Both the position numbers and the translations under genes were made by a program. 64,000 nt of DNA from Patescibacteria group bacterium (GTDB lineage: Bacteria; Patescibacteriota; Patescibacteriia; UBA10025; JAHIVO01), in contig JBAZKE010000003.1 in NCBI GenBank assembly GCA_041650915.1, forward strand, positions 21,226 to 85,225, written 5' to 3'. This document shows, in pieces, positions 48,801 to 57,675 of this stretch. The notes under the pieces are model-generated. The model was not told where the DNA came from, did not search any database, and was given only the letters and a program-made list of their open reading frames with translations. Each line of letters begins with the position of its first letter. Within the stretch, counting starts at the first letter, position 1.

Positions 48801-51800
48801 CGACGTGGATAATTCGGCCTACGATGAAGATGCCGAACCGCAGCACTGGGCGACGTACAGCGAATGGAATGGTGTGGATGGCGTGCTGATTGACCTCGTT
48901 ACCGCAGGCAAGTACGACTTCATGTTCAAGGCGCGGAACGGCGATAACGGCAACTGTTCAGAGGGGATCAACGAGTGTACGTTAACTGACTTTGGCCCGC
49001 CAGCGACGCTCTTTCTCGTGCGGAATAACGTTGTCGGCTGGGCATGGTCCTCTACCGCCGGCTGGCTGTCCCTCAACTGCCTCAACTTTTACTCTGAGCC
49101 GAGCCACGGGTACAGCTGCAACCGTGCGGCTGACTGGGGGCTCAACACTGCGTTTGCAGCGTCACGCACGATAAATCCGCTCGAGGGGTATGCCTGGTCT
49201 TCTTCAGGGCAGAACCTCGAGAGCGTGTGGTCTGATGCGGTTAACCTGAGCCAGTCGGGTACCGGCACCACACCCGGCACGATCACGCTTGACGGGAACG
49301 GCAATCCGCACGTCGCGTGGTGGGATATCGACGGGTACTATTGCAATAACGATAGAATAACCGCCTGCACATCGGACGCCCAGTGTCCGGGGTCGTTCTG
49401 CCAGTCGCACGATGTCATCAGCTACCTCAGGTGGGATTCGGGATCGAAGCAGTGGGTTGACTACGACTACGCCATTGACAGCAATCCGCGCAACCACACC
49501 GCCGTGCCGGCGCAGATGCTCGTGGACCAGGGAGCCCGCTGCTTGCTCCAGGAGAGCGCTATCAGCCTGCAGATTGATTCTCAAGGCCAGCCGCACCTGC
49601 TCTGGAAATACGTGCACTGTTCAAACAGCACCCAGCCGGTACTGTACCAGTACTGGGATAGCGGTTCGGGCGCGTGGAAGTACTACGGGGCTAACGGAGT
49701 CGTGCCGGTGTGGTACGGCCCGGCCATGGTGCTCGATGCTGAGGACCGGCCGCACGTTGTTTCGAAGTATGAGGCAGGCGGCGGCAACCCGAATGGAATA
49801 CAGTACCGGTACGGCGATCCGGCGACCGAGCAGTGGTATACCGTTACCGGCGACCTCGGAACCGACCATCTGCGGCTCGACGATTCGACGCGGAGTATCG
49901 GTGATTACGCAACACCGACTATTGCGATAGATTCAGGCGGCAATCCGCACGTTGCGTGGGGAGCTGGCGGGAACGGCGATGCGCTGTACCGCAAGTGGGA
50001 TGGCGAACATTGGGTTACTGCCTCTGGTGCATACGGGAATGGGGATGCTGACGAGGATTTCAATGTTACGCAGGTAAATCCAGCGACGGAAGAAGTGAAG
50101 CGCCCCGTACTCAAACTCGACTCCAATGATATCCCCTACATAGCGTTTAACGGATTGCGCGATGGCGTTGGCATGCGCCGCGCGTACCTCAAGACGTGGA
50201 TACCGGAAAAAGGCGAGTGGGGAACCATGGCCGGCGATACGTCGCCTGAGCTTGTTGGCGAAGCCGTGATGGTGTCGCCTGCCGGGGCGGTGTACTACGA
50301 TGGGATGGCGCTCGATATTGGCGCGGGCGACGTGCCGTACGTCGGATGGGCAGCCGGTGACGGCGAAGCGCACGCCCGCCGGTGGAGCATTGACCAGCGC
50401 GCATGGGTTACCGTATCTGGCGACGCCGGAACAGAAAATGAAAACTACTCCCAAAGTGCCGAGTTCTCCCGCTATCCGCTCATTGCGGTATCTGGCGAGG
50501 GCGTCGTGCATACGATCTGGCGTGATGAGGCGTCGACCGGCGCCAATGAGTGCAGCTGGAACCATGACAGCGCGTGCATTGCGCAGCCTGACTATCCGTA
50601 TTGCATGAATGAATGGCCTACCAATGACTGTACCGGATCAGATATCTACTACCGCGCGTGGGGCGATATCGCTGATAATATCGGGCTCGGATGGGTCAGC
50701 TTCTACCGGGGAACCTGCACTGACAACGCACAGCGCGCCTGCATTGTTGATGCAGACTGCGATGAGGGCACGTGCGAGCCGAGTGCGGTCAAAGAGCTCG
50801 GTGATCCGCTGCCAGACGGCAGCATGGGGTATGGATTCTGCTATACGGCATCCGATGGGGTCCGGTACGGCACGTGTGCGATCGATACGGTAACGCCGTG
50901 CGAGGTGGACAGCGATTGCCCGACAGAGGATGACTCATGCGTGCACTATACGTGCAGCGAGGATTCGACCTGCCGGAATGACACGCCGGCGAGCCCGCCA
51001 ACAAGCCAGGAGCTGTGCCGTCCGGTGGCGACCGCATACCTCAATGGGTCAACCATGGCGGTCGAAGGCTGGGCGCGGGTACTGGCGCTGAAGGAGGAGG
51101 GAGAATCCCAGGGCTTTGATGACTGGGGATGGGTTAAGCTCAATGGAACGTACAACGACGGCGCTGGAAATGCCGGCCCGTACAGCTTGACGGCTACTGA
51201 GGTTGATTCGCAGCAGTTCCTCGGGGATCCTGATGTCAATCCGAACGACGTTTCGCTGTACAGCCTGTTCGGCTGGAGCTGGAGCGCCGAAACATCGAGC
51301 TATACTCCGGCAGATTCTCGCTGGCTCGAACGGGAAAATGTTTCCGGGGACGGTCTGTCGCACTACTACTATAAAGATCGCGATTCATCGATGGTACTCG
51401 ACCGTGACGGCAATCCGCACGTCGCGTGGTCTTCTTACAATGCGGATGAGCAGCGGTACAGCATTTACTATGTCCGGCAGCAGAGCGGCCATTGGGTCAC
51501 GGCCACTGGCGAGGAGTACGTGCCCGGCACGACCAATCCGGCATCATCCAAGCTCGACGTGGGCATTGCCGCAGGGCTGCTGCCGCCATCAGATACGGAC
51601 GACCTCAGATCACCGTCGCTCGCCATCGATGTTTCCGGCCGGCCGCACGTCGCACTCCAGAAAGCAGGCTCAGCCACCGAGGACGGCACGGTCTACTACA
51701 CGTATTGGAACGGGACGGATTGGGCAGCGGGATCGTGCATTGACGGCCGCGCCTGCCCGAATGCGTATGACGGCATCGGTGCGCTTGGCGCACAGCAGCC

Positions 51801-54800
51801 GACCCTGCAGCTCGATGCAGCCACTGTCCCCCACGTTGTATACCGGCGCGGAGAGTATGCCGGATATGGCATTTACTACGTGCGTTTGAATGGCGGCCTG
51901 TGGGAGCCGATCAATGGTAATCCGGCGAACCTGAACGTAGCGGCAAGTTCGACAGGAGAATGCTCGGGCAATCCAAGCCTGCCATGCCTCACCGACGCAG
52001 AGTGTGCGGGATCGGGGGGGATATGCTGGCACCGTGCGTATGATCCCGAGTTCCGGCTCCAGGATGGCGTGCCGCATGTCCTGTGGATTCAAAAGATTTT
52101 CGGGGGGACAAACCAGGTCTACTACCGCTGGTGGGATGAGGTCAATGGCGTCTGGTCTGATGCTGACGGCGGGGCAGATATGTTCAATACCGTTTCGGTG
52201 ACGCAAGGCCTCGCCGGCATTGGCAATATCCCGAATCCCGCGGTTCCCGAAGTGCCGTCGCTCGCGCTGTTTTCTGACGGCAGGCCTGCAGTCGCGTGGC
52301 GCGATCCGGATTACATTATATTCCGCCAGTGGGATGGCGCCCAGTGGGCCGATATCAATCCGGGTGACGGATCCACAACGGATGACCTCCAGCTCAACTC
52401 GTCCCTGGGGCACGCTTACGCAGGCGGCGAACCGTACGTTATGGTCGATGCGGATGACCACCCGCACGTGCTGTGGGGAGATGACTATAGCGTTACACAG
52501 AATCCCCATATTTTCTACCGGCGGTGGGATCCTGCGGAAGGCCCGGCAGGGAGCTGGGTAACGGTCGACGGGAACGCGGCAGATGCCGCCGACACCCCTC
52601 ACTATAGGGTTTCGCCGATCGGGAGCGATTACTCCATCAGCCCGATCTCAATGCTCGATGCGATCGGCAATGCGCACGTGCTCTGGACTGAGGTAACGCG
52701 AGGTGCCGAGGGCTGCGGCTTTGGTTACGACGGCGTACTGACCTCACAAGACGGAGACAGCGATTTTGAAGACGTGGTGCTTGATTCTACCGGGACGTAC
52801 CTCTATGCTGCCGGCACGGACGCAGATGAGTTCCTGGTGGAGAAGCGCAGGGCTGATACGGGGCTCCCGTGTTCAGCTACAAACTGCGGCACCGAGTTCG
52901 GCACCAATGGTGCCATACTGTCGGCAGGCATGCCAGGAGGCGATGGCGTTGCGTACGCTGTCGGGCTCGATGAGCGCGAGGGCAGCCTGTACGTTGCTGG
53001 CCGTGCGGTAGGCGGTGGCGGTTTCCAGTGGATTATCTACAAATTCGATGCGGGTACCGGGGCGCTCTGCACGGGCGGTGTGTGCGGCGCGGCAGAGAAT
53101 TTCGGTGCAGCCGGGTATATACAAATAGCGAGTACGTACGCGTACTATGGCATGGACATGAAAATAAACGACGGATTCATGTACCTTTTTGGATCAAAGA
53201 ATATCTCACCGGATGTTAATGATTGGGTTGTCGAACGGCGGCATCTGACGAATGGGAGCTTGGTCGCAGATTCGTATGTCGGCGGATGGCAGGGCGGCCG
53301 GATCGAAATCCCCGCTGGTTATCTTGGCGCGGCTATTGTTATCGACGGACGTGATATGTACATCGCAGGCTCTGATGATGACGATGACGGCGTCGGCGGA
53401 TCCGACACATACGATTGGCGGATTGAAAAACGCTCTGCGTTCTCCGGGCAGCTCGCCAGCGCATTTGGCGCGGGCGGCGTATGGACCGGGCCTGGTGCCG
53501 GAGATGCGGTCAATAGTTATAAAATCAATGATTTGGAAATAGCCGGAGATGCGCTCTATGCTGGCGGGTTTGTGGATGTCGAGGATTGGCTTACCGCCAA
53601 ATTCGATAAAAATACCGGTGCGCTCGATACTGCTTTTGGCGGTGACGGATTTGTGCAAGGCCCAGAAGTAACGAAAAAGGTTTACGGCATTACGGCTGGC
53701 GGTGACGGCCTGTACGTCGTCGGCTGGTCAAACGACAATTGGAGGTATGAGAAGTTGGATTTGAATACGGGCGCAAACATTGCAACGGGAGACTACGCGG
53801 GCGGATGGCAGGGAGGCGTTATCGAGGAAACGTGGGGAGATGCGGCGAGCGTCGCCCGAGAGATCGTGCTCGATGATCGGTATATGTATGCAGTGGGGTC
53901 CAGTGATGAGCGCGGAAGCGTTGCTGATTGGCGCATTGAGAAGCGCTACCGCGATACCGGCCAGCTTATCACGGAGCGGAATGAGAACTGCGCTGATCCA
54001 TTGCTCCCGACCTGTTTAGAAACGGGCTGGGCAAATCCTCCCGACTGGAACATCACGTACCCAGACGGCACGTCCGTCAGCAGGTGTTCGGCCGTCACTA
54101 TGAGCTACGCGCAATGGGCGCCGGGCGCGGTGCATGCCGGGCTCGGGTGGATCGAATTCATGCCGGCTGGCGCGCTGCTCGGCATTCCGTGGGTGCAGAC
54201 GATGTTCAGCGATATCTATGCATCCGAAGCGATCGCGCTCTCACCGCCGCCGCGCGGCACGGGCGGATATACGAGCACGTTCCTCATCCTCGCGGGCGAG
54301 GAGGGCGATACGATTACCGGCATACCCGGCTACTATTCCGGAGCGCAGACCGGCGCGCCGACGAGCAGCTACTACGAGCCCGGCTTCGATCCGCTCATCA
54401 CAGGCGCGGGCAATCCGCTCGGCGAAGACGTTCTCGACCGGCTCAATATCAGCGGTCTTGTTGCGGAGACTGCCACGGGGAGCGGTTACAACCAGTATGG
54501 GCATCCGCTGCGGATTGATTCGAGCGAAGGCACGGTCGACATCAGCCAGAGCGCTTCGTTCGGCGGCGACCCGTCGGATATCACGCTCGACGGCACGGTA
54601 TACTATTTCAGTTCAGCCAACCCGACAACGCGGTACGTGATCGGACGCGAGATGACCTTCAAGGCCGGATCCGAACCGGCAGGTACCGCAGGAGACGGGC
54701 TCATCGTGATCGACGGCGACCTGGAGATCAACCGTGATATTCTGTATGAGGAGCGCGACCTCGCCGATATCAGCGAGATGCCGTCGGTAGCGATTGTCGT

Positions 54801-57660
54801 ACGGGGCAACGTGTACATCAGCCCGTTCGTGAGCGAGCTCGCGGGTGCGTACGTGGCGGTTGACGATCCGCAGACCGCAGAAGCCAGCGAAGGCATTATC
54901 CATACAGGCCGGCAGCAGCCCTTCGTGGCCGCGATCGCCGCTTCGGCGGATGATACTTCTATCGCAAACGATGCCTATGCGAATGATACAGGCGCTATCC
55001 AGCAGGCTTTCGGGCAGAGCGAGGCGGGCGTGGACAGCCGCAGCTTTATACGGTGGCAGCTCGACATCCCCGCCGGCGCGGAAATTCGCGATGCATACCT
55101 CAGATTGCACGCCGACGATTCAGCCAGTGCTACCCTCGATCCGTTCAGCGCCAAGATACGGCTCATCGATTCGGCCGATGCGTCGGGCATCGATTTCACA
55201 GCAAATCCGAATGCGGGGCTCTACGGCATCGCGACGGGTAACAGCGTCAGTTACCCGATCAGCAGCGCCACGTGGCAGTACGGTGCGGTCAACGAGACCC
55301 CGGACATTTCTGCGCTCATACAGCGGTTCATCGACGATTCCGCGTACGTTCCGGGCGCGAGCATGGTCGGCATTGCGATTGACGAGGGTGATGCAGGCAC
55401 CGGAGACATCGTGAGTTTTTATTCGTACGATTACTACCAGGCGAATCCCGTATCAGAGCCCGATTATGTTCCTGAGCTCGTAATCGAGTACTCGCCCCAG
55501 CGGACGGTGTATACGATTGATAATGAGAGCTTGGGCGGTTTCGGCTCCGGTGGCGTTGCCGACACGGATTATGAAATGTACAATTATAAGCTCGCCGTGG
55601 ATGAGCCGAATAACGCGCTTTATGCCGCCGGGGTATTTCGGTGGCTTCAGCCGCCTTCTGCGTGGCACTACGATTGGCGTATCGAGAAGCGCACCCTTGA
55701 TACGGGCGAGCTCGACACTACCTTTGGCATGGGCCAGTGCATAGCAGATCCGACATACTATTGCCACGTTAATGCTGACTGTCCGCACAATGATTGCAAT
55801 GCAGCCCCGACCGGCATTATCAATCTGGGAGGAATCGCTGGCTATGCGTACGATGTTCACGTTGATGATAATTTTATCTACGTCGCTGGGAGTAGGGGAG
55901 GGTCTCGTATAACAAAGTACGATAAAGCAACCGGCGCTCTCTGCACCGCCGGCGCGTGCGGTGCGGGCGAAGACTTCGGCACGGGGGGATACCAGTCTGT
56001 TACTATATCGTTCAGCGGGGGAGCAAACATATTGGGCGTCGATAGTAATTTTATATATGTTAACGGCTACTATACGTCAGGAGGGACGCGCATGCGTACC
56101 GCAAAGATCAGCAGAGCAACCGGTGCCCTGTGCACTGGCGGCGCGTGCGGCGCGGGCGAAGACTTCGGCACGGGGGGATACCGTGACTCATCGCTCACCA
56201 CAACGTACGGGTACGGTATTGCGGTAGATGGAGAATTTATCTATACCATAGGGCGCCGCTACATTTCGACTCCGACCACGAATTGGATGCATCTCGAGAA
56301 GTACGAAAAGCATACCGGCGCCTTGTGCACCGCCGGCGCGTGCGGCGCGGGCGAAGACTTCGGCGCGGGCGGCATGCAGGATTTCCCTTCGGCAAATGCG
56401 CAAGCCTACGGCCGTGCCATTACCGTGTCCGGCGATGTGCTCTTTGCAGCTGGGTACACCACGGGGTTTGATTTCCTGACCGCAAAGTACAATAAGCATA
56501 CCGGCGAGCTGTGTTCCATACTCGGAGGCTGTGGCGTTCACCAGGATTTTAACTTTCAGGGATATGTCATATCCACAAACGGAAGGCTGGTGTATGACGT
56601 TGCCGCTGACGCTGAGTATGTGTACGTTGCGGGCTTATCAGATATGGGTGCGAGCCAGTATAACATGTACGTCGAACGGTATACCCACAGCGGGCAGCCG
56701 GAGCCGTTTACCGGCCATGCCACGAACGCAATCGTCGAAACGAACGGGCGGCAAGCCTATGCGGTTAAGCTCGACAGCAGTGCGATGTACATCGGCGGAT
56801 TTTCCTATGTTGGTTCGGTTAACCGCTGGATGATTGAGAAGCGGGATCGGTTGACTGGGGATCTCGTTGGCAGTGGAGCGAATGAAGCCGCATCCTGGGG
56901 CAGCACCGATCCGCAGGACTGCGATACGAACGCAGAATGCGACTACGACCCGGTCTGCATGAATTTTGGTAGGTACAAGGGCAATCCGAACAGAGTATTC
57001 CTCAGGTTTGCGCCTCCTCCAGCGGATGACCCCGATTATACGCAGCTGCCTGCCAGTGCAGAAATTATCAATGCACAGCTCAAGGTTACGGGGCGGAATG
57101 AGAGTCCGGCGTGCTTTGACGCCACGGATACGGGCGCTGACGCCTTGCAAGGCAGGATTGGGCTTTTGAGCGGGGTCGATATCGCATCATTCGGCTGCAA
57201 CCCGAATGTGCCGTCATGCGTATCAATGAGCCAGGAGGTATCCGAAGTGACGTGGGATATCGCTGCAGGCGCGTGGGCTGACGGCACGGAATACCTGCTT
57301 CCGGCTGATATCGCGAGCCTGGTGGATGCGTGGGTTGATCTCGGCAGCCATCAGCCTGAGCACCACATCGGGCTGCGGGTGCGCCGCGGTACGAACGAAA
57401 CCGACGCGGATGACGGCGCCTCGCGCGCGCTCTACCAGGAGGCGGCGTTGCCCGGAGCATCCGAGCTCGTCGTCGACTACCAGATGCCGCTGCTCGTCAA
57501 CGGGCTATTCGTAGCGGAAGGCTATAGCTTCGACCGGAAGTACACGAAGAACCTTGCTGCGTCAGAACAGATACTGTATGATGGGAGAGTCGTAGCCAAT
57601 ACGCCACCCGGACTTTCTGATTTTACCGAGGCGCTGCCGATTTACGACAGGGTGCCGTAA
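42805..57660 (+). CDS. Giant membrane-anchored surface protein (4951 aa). FN3 domain, multiple beta-propellers (delta-60-like WRIEKR...TG.LD..FG repeats and PHVxW repeats), Cx2DADC knots.
   Basis: A 14.9-kb uninterrupted ORF. N-terminal TM LLFILTIATAAAVLGGGLLWLGYAL. FN3 PPNHFEITGNTQTSVALEWQDE. More than 15 WRIEKR/K..TGALCT.G.CG...FG repeats. More than 12 (N/R)PHV(A/V)W repeats. CLTDAECAGSGGIC, CIVDADCDEGTC and similar. Confidence 0.8.
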   Translation: MPKATKNLLFILTIATAAAVLGGGLLWLGYALVREPAGSVPVAVAEDPETLMDEQAEQGAINYTHADNGDGTSTMTFSLFDTQYLADDGAYAPISTEVLESAGDYAFENTENIFKTHFRGSAAVDSAVEFAIGERSVGISFVGASESAPVAAGNTVTYPGVYGGMDARYTLLPEQLLEELIVTEQVEVSRISQKLILSNVYYKEQPDGSLTFHDADTRRIVWYTPAPVMYEIPTEENSEAGSSSALHYEVEEVEGGFIVHKVIDAEGIEWLKAASYPLVIDGTFTRDTWPTSSGSMYGEIAWEDPLWTVDPGGRSFWTEGYNWEQMAYVTFLQDGTIERRAYLVFDTKRLPDSIWPIQATLQVRNLQNNFYGETWRDDEYYMGAFACQYGWYVLGSDDWEGCKRLTSDITNEDDDSVELVDNWPSHAWHTFNLNPESIGADVWTNVVLDTYRVGNLDDNNYERSMVVGVGPNAGPTSGPDMWAYAPILTVTYKGPPPPPNHFEITGNTQTSVALEWQDESTTEDGWIIQYGPTAAGPWTDLCHPHTGSGSIPSTGVCVDFSSDWDCDIEVTKAGSGDDTPADPDDYMCRLTHTPLSPNTHYYYRIVTYEPAPFGENGAVFSSVNRRSVTTSHLNASGELYIGGSRLANGETHGALERRRSINGRLDRTFANLQGDVACCDTAGCAGYVDSGQGWILFNWDTFWSFNTILDIPSGAGSIQPDLYALGGAHWDYDKLMRFDTMNDHEGEWEWKNSVNWGAYQSKMFPILEENTLIVTGARENYNASYPTLGCGRTGYCWKVKAQLMLKSCSATLGYRYDWDYSATGLNGDGYYNGEMWVPAGQNLYDSVSDADYMYLAGTPYGLADGYLRKHDKYTGYLCNGTDANHCGIGNGWGDADSGTITIPESSGIRYLAIDSTSLYLLGSRDDGISWQIEKRSLATGDRVTAFSGDGVFVSIMGSPSPSDIIVDNNYLYVIGRERPSSIYQWRIEKYDKNTGDRCDGGSGHCGNVEFGSSGIISFSSDVAGDAYTPVSIEQDDNHLYISGVANSSYTAWRIEKRVKDTGALGNKMDILHGASQFGIHDDWSYPEDAWTLAEAVAAPPVFVDPQPDNSEVHVLYENGGSAGPGRFPDDPLDGDPGTTQYCLGLYIEDWPADPGFETPPTPDTFLSIWKDLAAYGYFPQTLIAGTGGFMWWGPVCYTAAEWHGLPFSSVYPRLETPIRAPLNMLADSTEIAPLPPDQEMTGAFFAKNGDGEVADPLPSGWATTRTRARNPLQPLATALDAHTVQITMRNNSAGSVSRNPAWTDYALQNADTGQYLDPATGLFVDDLPINEDDIWCDLSSQEPDSTCNWGYPSPDSVGTVTFNNAQPALCYELRAKSRNKDKVEGEFWGRCNEYMTDGGGYTCWTDKACVPWNCNIENHTTFNNSQPALCASEGGVWEENWDSDSCVDQSDPDYEDWYNLIWSTSVNVCVPSAPADGVNVECGYDETDGYYCDLGIIDSENPANYCEGHPECTDQASCENVAGCNSTWHVSVVYGIQYCLDNVPLSDCFSVPGHGWNDAVLETDQKVHRFASETLQTWLACSQENNVQAYRVRTRGQNGVWSAYTAPIEVDIGSGWDTLPPCPVTWATPLHSENAADGFGYKITWQWLQPDNWDADCLDKDCMYYNLYDDAMRCVVGGSDAVPDADELCPLTPRPSIADWIDPSFSQYMYCDNLLCTRLLKQNTEYAARVQAVRVDRYNETQRIRGGEPTWYMKPFEEYATVYTSIDAPAGITFNNDGLSAETLLMRWTGLLAGVSQADYRGESGVKYYQTLEGAPDNIGDPAFMGFVKDGDPAVWLDIWDSGLMPNRKYCYQAEACNGDCDILGDPTDVSARSPVACQYTLADQPAQPVLRRNEGETEITLSIRTNADDRNSHGEFIDPYQNPDTDYALCVTSYDDIGNKVWSHYADPNWDAGDTTTAFIDKSFCSDPACDNEADCLGSGPGQCSELVLQTWTERPTCDVDNSAYDEDAEPQHWATYSEWNGVDGVLIDLVTAGKYDFMFKARNGDNGNCSEGINECTLTDFGPPATLFLVRNNVVGWAWSSTAGWLSLNCLNFYSEPSHGYSCNRAADWGLNTAFAASRTINPLEGYAWSSSGQNLESVWSDAVNLSQSGTGTTPGTITLDGNGNPHVAWWDIDGYYCNNDRITACTSDAQCPGSFCQSHDVISYLRWDSGSKQWVDYDYAIDSNPRNHTAVPAQMLVDQGARCLLQESAISLQIDSQGQPHLLWKYVHCSNSTQPVLYQYWDSGSGAWKYYGANGVVPVWYGPAMVLDAEDRPHVVSKYEAGGGNPNGIQYRYGDPATEQWYTVTGDLGTDHLRLDDSTRSIGDYATPTIAIDSGGNPHVAWGAGGNGDALYRKWDGEHWVTASGAYGNGDADEDFNVTQVNPATEEVKRPVLKLDSNDIPYIAFNGLRDGVGMRRAYLKTWIPEKGEWGTMAGDTSPELVGEAVMVSPAGAVYYDGMALDIGAGDVPYVGWAAGDGEAHARRWSIDQRAWVTVSGDAGTENENYSQSAEFSRYPLIAVSGEGVVHTIWRDEASTGANECSWNHDSACIAQPDYPYCMNEWPTNDCTGSDIYYRAWGDIADNIGLGWVSFYRGTCTDNAQRACIVDADCDEGTCEPSAVKELGDPLPDGSMGYGFCYTASDGVRYGTCAIDTVTPCEVDSDCPTEDDSCVHYTCSEDSTCRNDTPASPPTSQELCRPVATAYLNGSTMAVEGWARVLALKEEGESQGFDDWGWVKLNGTYNDGAGNAGPYSLTATEVDSQQFLGDPDVNPNDVSLYSLFGWSWSAETSSYTPADSRWLERENVSGDGLSHYYYKDRDSSMVLDRDGNPHVAWSSYNADEQRYSIYYVRQQSGHWVTATGEEYVPGTTNPASSKLDVGIAAGLLPPSDTDDLRSPSLAIDVSGRPHVALQKAGSATEDGTVYYTYWNGTDWAAGSCIDGRACPNAYDGIGALGAQQPTLQLDAATVPHVVYRRGEYAGYGIYYVRLNGGLWEPINGNPANLNVAASSTGECSGNPSLPCLTDAECAGSGGICWHRAYDPEFRLQDGVPHVLWIQKIFGGTNQVYYRWWDEVNGVWSDADGGADMFNTVSVTQGLAGIGNIPNPAVPEVPSLALFSDGRPAVAWRDPDYIIFRQWDGAQWADINPGDGSTTDDLQLNSSLGHAYAGGEPYVMVDADDHPHVLWGDDYSVTQNPHIFYRRWDPAEGPAGSWVTVDGNAADAADTPHYRVSPIGSDYSISPISMLDAIGNAHVLWTEVTRGAEGCGFGYDGVLTSQDGDSDFEDVVLDSTGTYLYAAGTDADEFLVEKRRADTGLPCSATNCGTEFGTNGAILSAGMPGGDGVAYAVGLDEREGSLYVAGRAVGGGGFQWIIYKFDAGTGALCTGGVCGAAENFGAAGYIQIASTYAYYGMDMKINDGFMYLFGSKNISPDVNDWVVERRHLTNGSLVADSYVGGWQGGRIEIPAGYLGAAIVIDGRDMYIAGSDDDDDGVGGSDTYDWRIEKRSAFSGQLASAFGAGGVWTGPGAGDAVNSYKINDLEIAGDALYAGGFVDVEDWLTAKFDKNTGALDTAFGGDGFVQGPEVTKKVYGITAGGDGLYVVGWSNDNWRYEKLDLNTGANIATGDYAGGWQGGVIEETWGDAASVAREIVLDDRYMYAVGSSDERGSVADWRIEKRYRDTGQLITERNENCADPLLPTCLETGWANPPDWNITYPDGTSVSRCSAVTMSYAQWAPGAVHAGLGWIEFMPAGALLGIPWVQTMFSDIYASEAIALSPPPRGTGGYTSTFLILAGEEGDTITGIPGYYSGAQTGAPTSSYYEPGFDPLITGAGNPLGEDVLDRLNISGLVAETATGSGYNQYGHPLRIDSSEGTVDISQSASFGGDPSDITLDGTVYYFSSANPTTRYVIGREMTFKAGSEPAGTAGDGLIVIDGDLEINRDILYEERDLADISEMPSVAIVVRGNVYISPFVSELAGAYVAVDDPQTAEASEGIIHTGRQQPFVAAIAASADDTSIANDAYANDTGAIQQAFGQSEAGVDSRSFIRWQLDIPAGAEIRDAYLRLHADDSASATLDPFSAKIRLIDSADASGIDFTANPNAGLYGIATGNSVSYPISSATWQYGAVNETPDISALIQRFIDDSAYVPGASMVGIAIDEGDAGTGDIVSFYSYDYYQANPVSEPDYVPELVIEYSPQRTVYTIDNESLGGFGSGGVADTDYEMYNYKLAVDEPNNALYAAGVFRWLQPPSAWHYDWRIEKRTLDTGELDTTFGMGQCIADPTYYCHVNADCPHNDCNAAPTGIINLGGIAGYAYDVHVDDNFIYVAGSRGGSRITKYDKATGALCTAGACGAGEDFGTGGYQSVTISFSGGANILGVDSNFIYVNGYYTSGGTRMRTAKISRATGALCTGGACGAGEDFGTGGYRDSSLTTTYGYGIAVDGEFIYTIGRRYISTPTTNWMHLEKYEKHTGALCTAGACGAGEDFGAGGMQDFPSANAQAYGRAITVSGDVLFAAGYTTGFDFLTAKYNKHTGELCSILGGCGVHQDFNFQGYVISTNGRLVYDVAADAEYVYVAGLSDMGASQYNMYVERYTHSGQPEPFTGHATNAIVETNGRQAYAVKLDSSAMYIGGFSYVGSVNRWMIEKRDRLTGDLVGSGANEAASWGSTDPQDCDTNAECDYDPVCMNFGRYKGNPNRVFLRFAPPPADDPDYTQLPASAEIINAQLKVTGRNESPACFDATDTGADALQGRIGLLSGVDIASFGCNPNVPSCVSMSQEVSEVTWDIAAGAWADGTEYLLPADIASLVDAWVDLGSHQPEHHIGLRVRRGTNETDADDGASRALYQEAALPGASELVVDYQMPLLVNGLFVAEGYSFDRKYTKNLAASEQILYDGRVVANTPPGLSDFTEALPIYDRVP

Positions 57661-57675
57661 CGAAGCATAAAAAAC

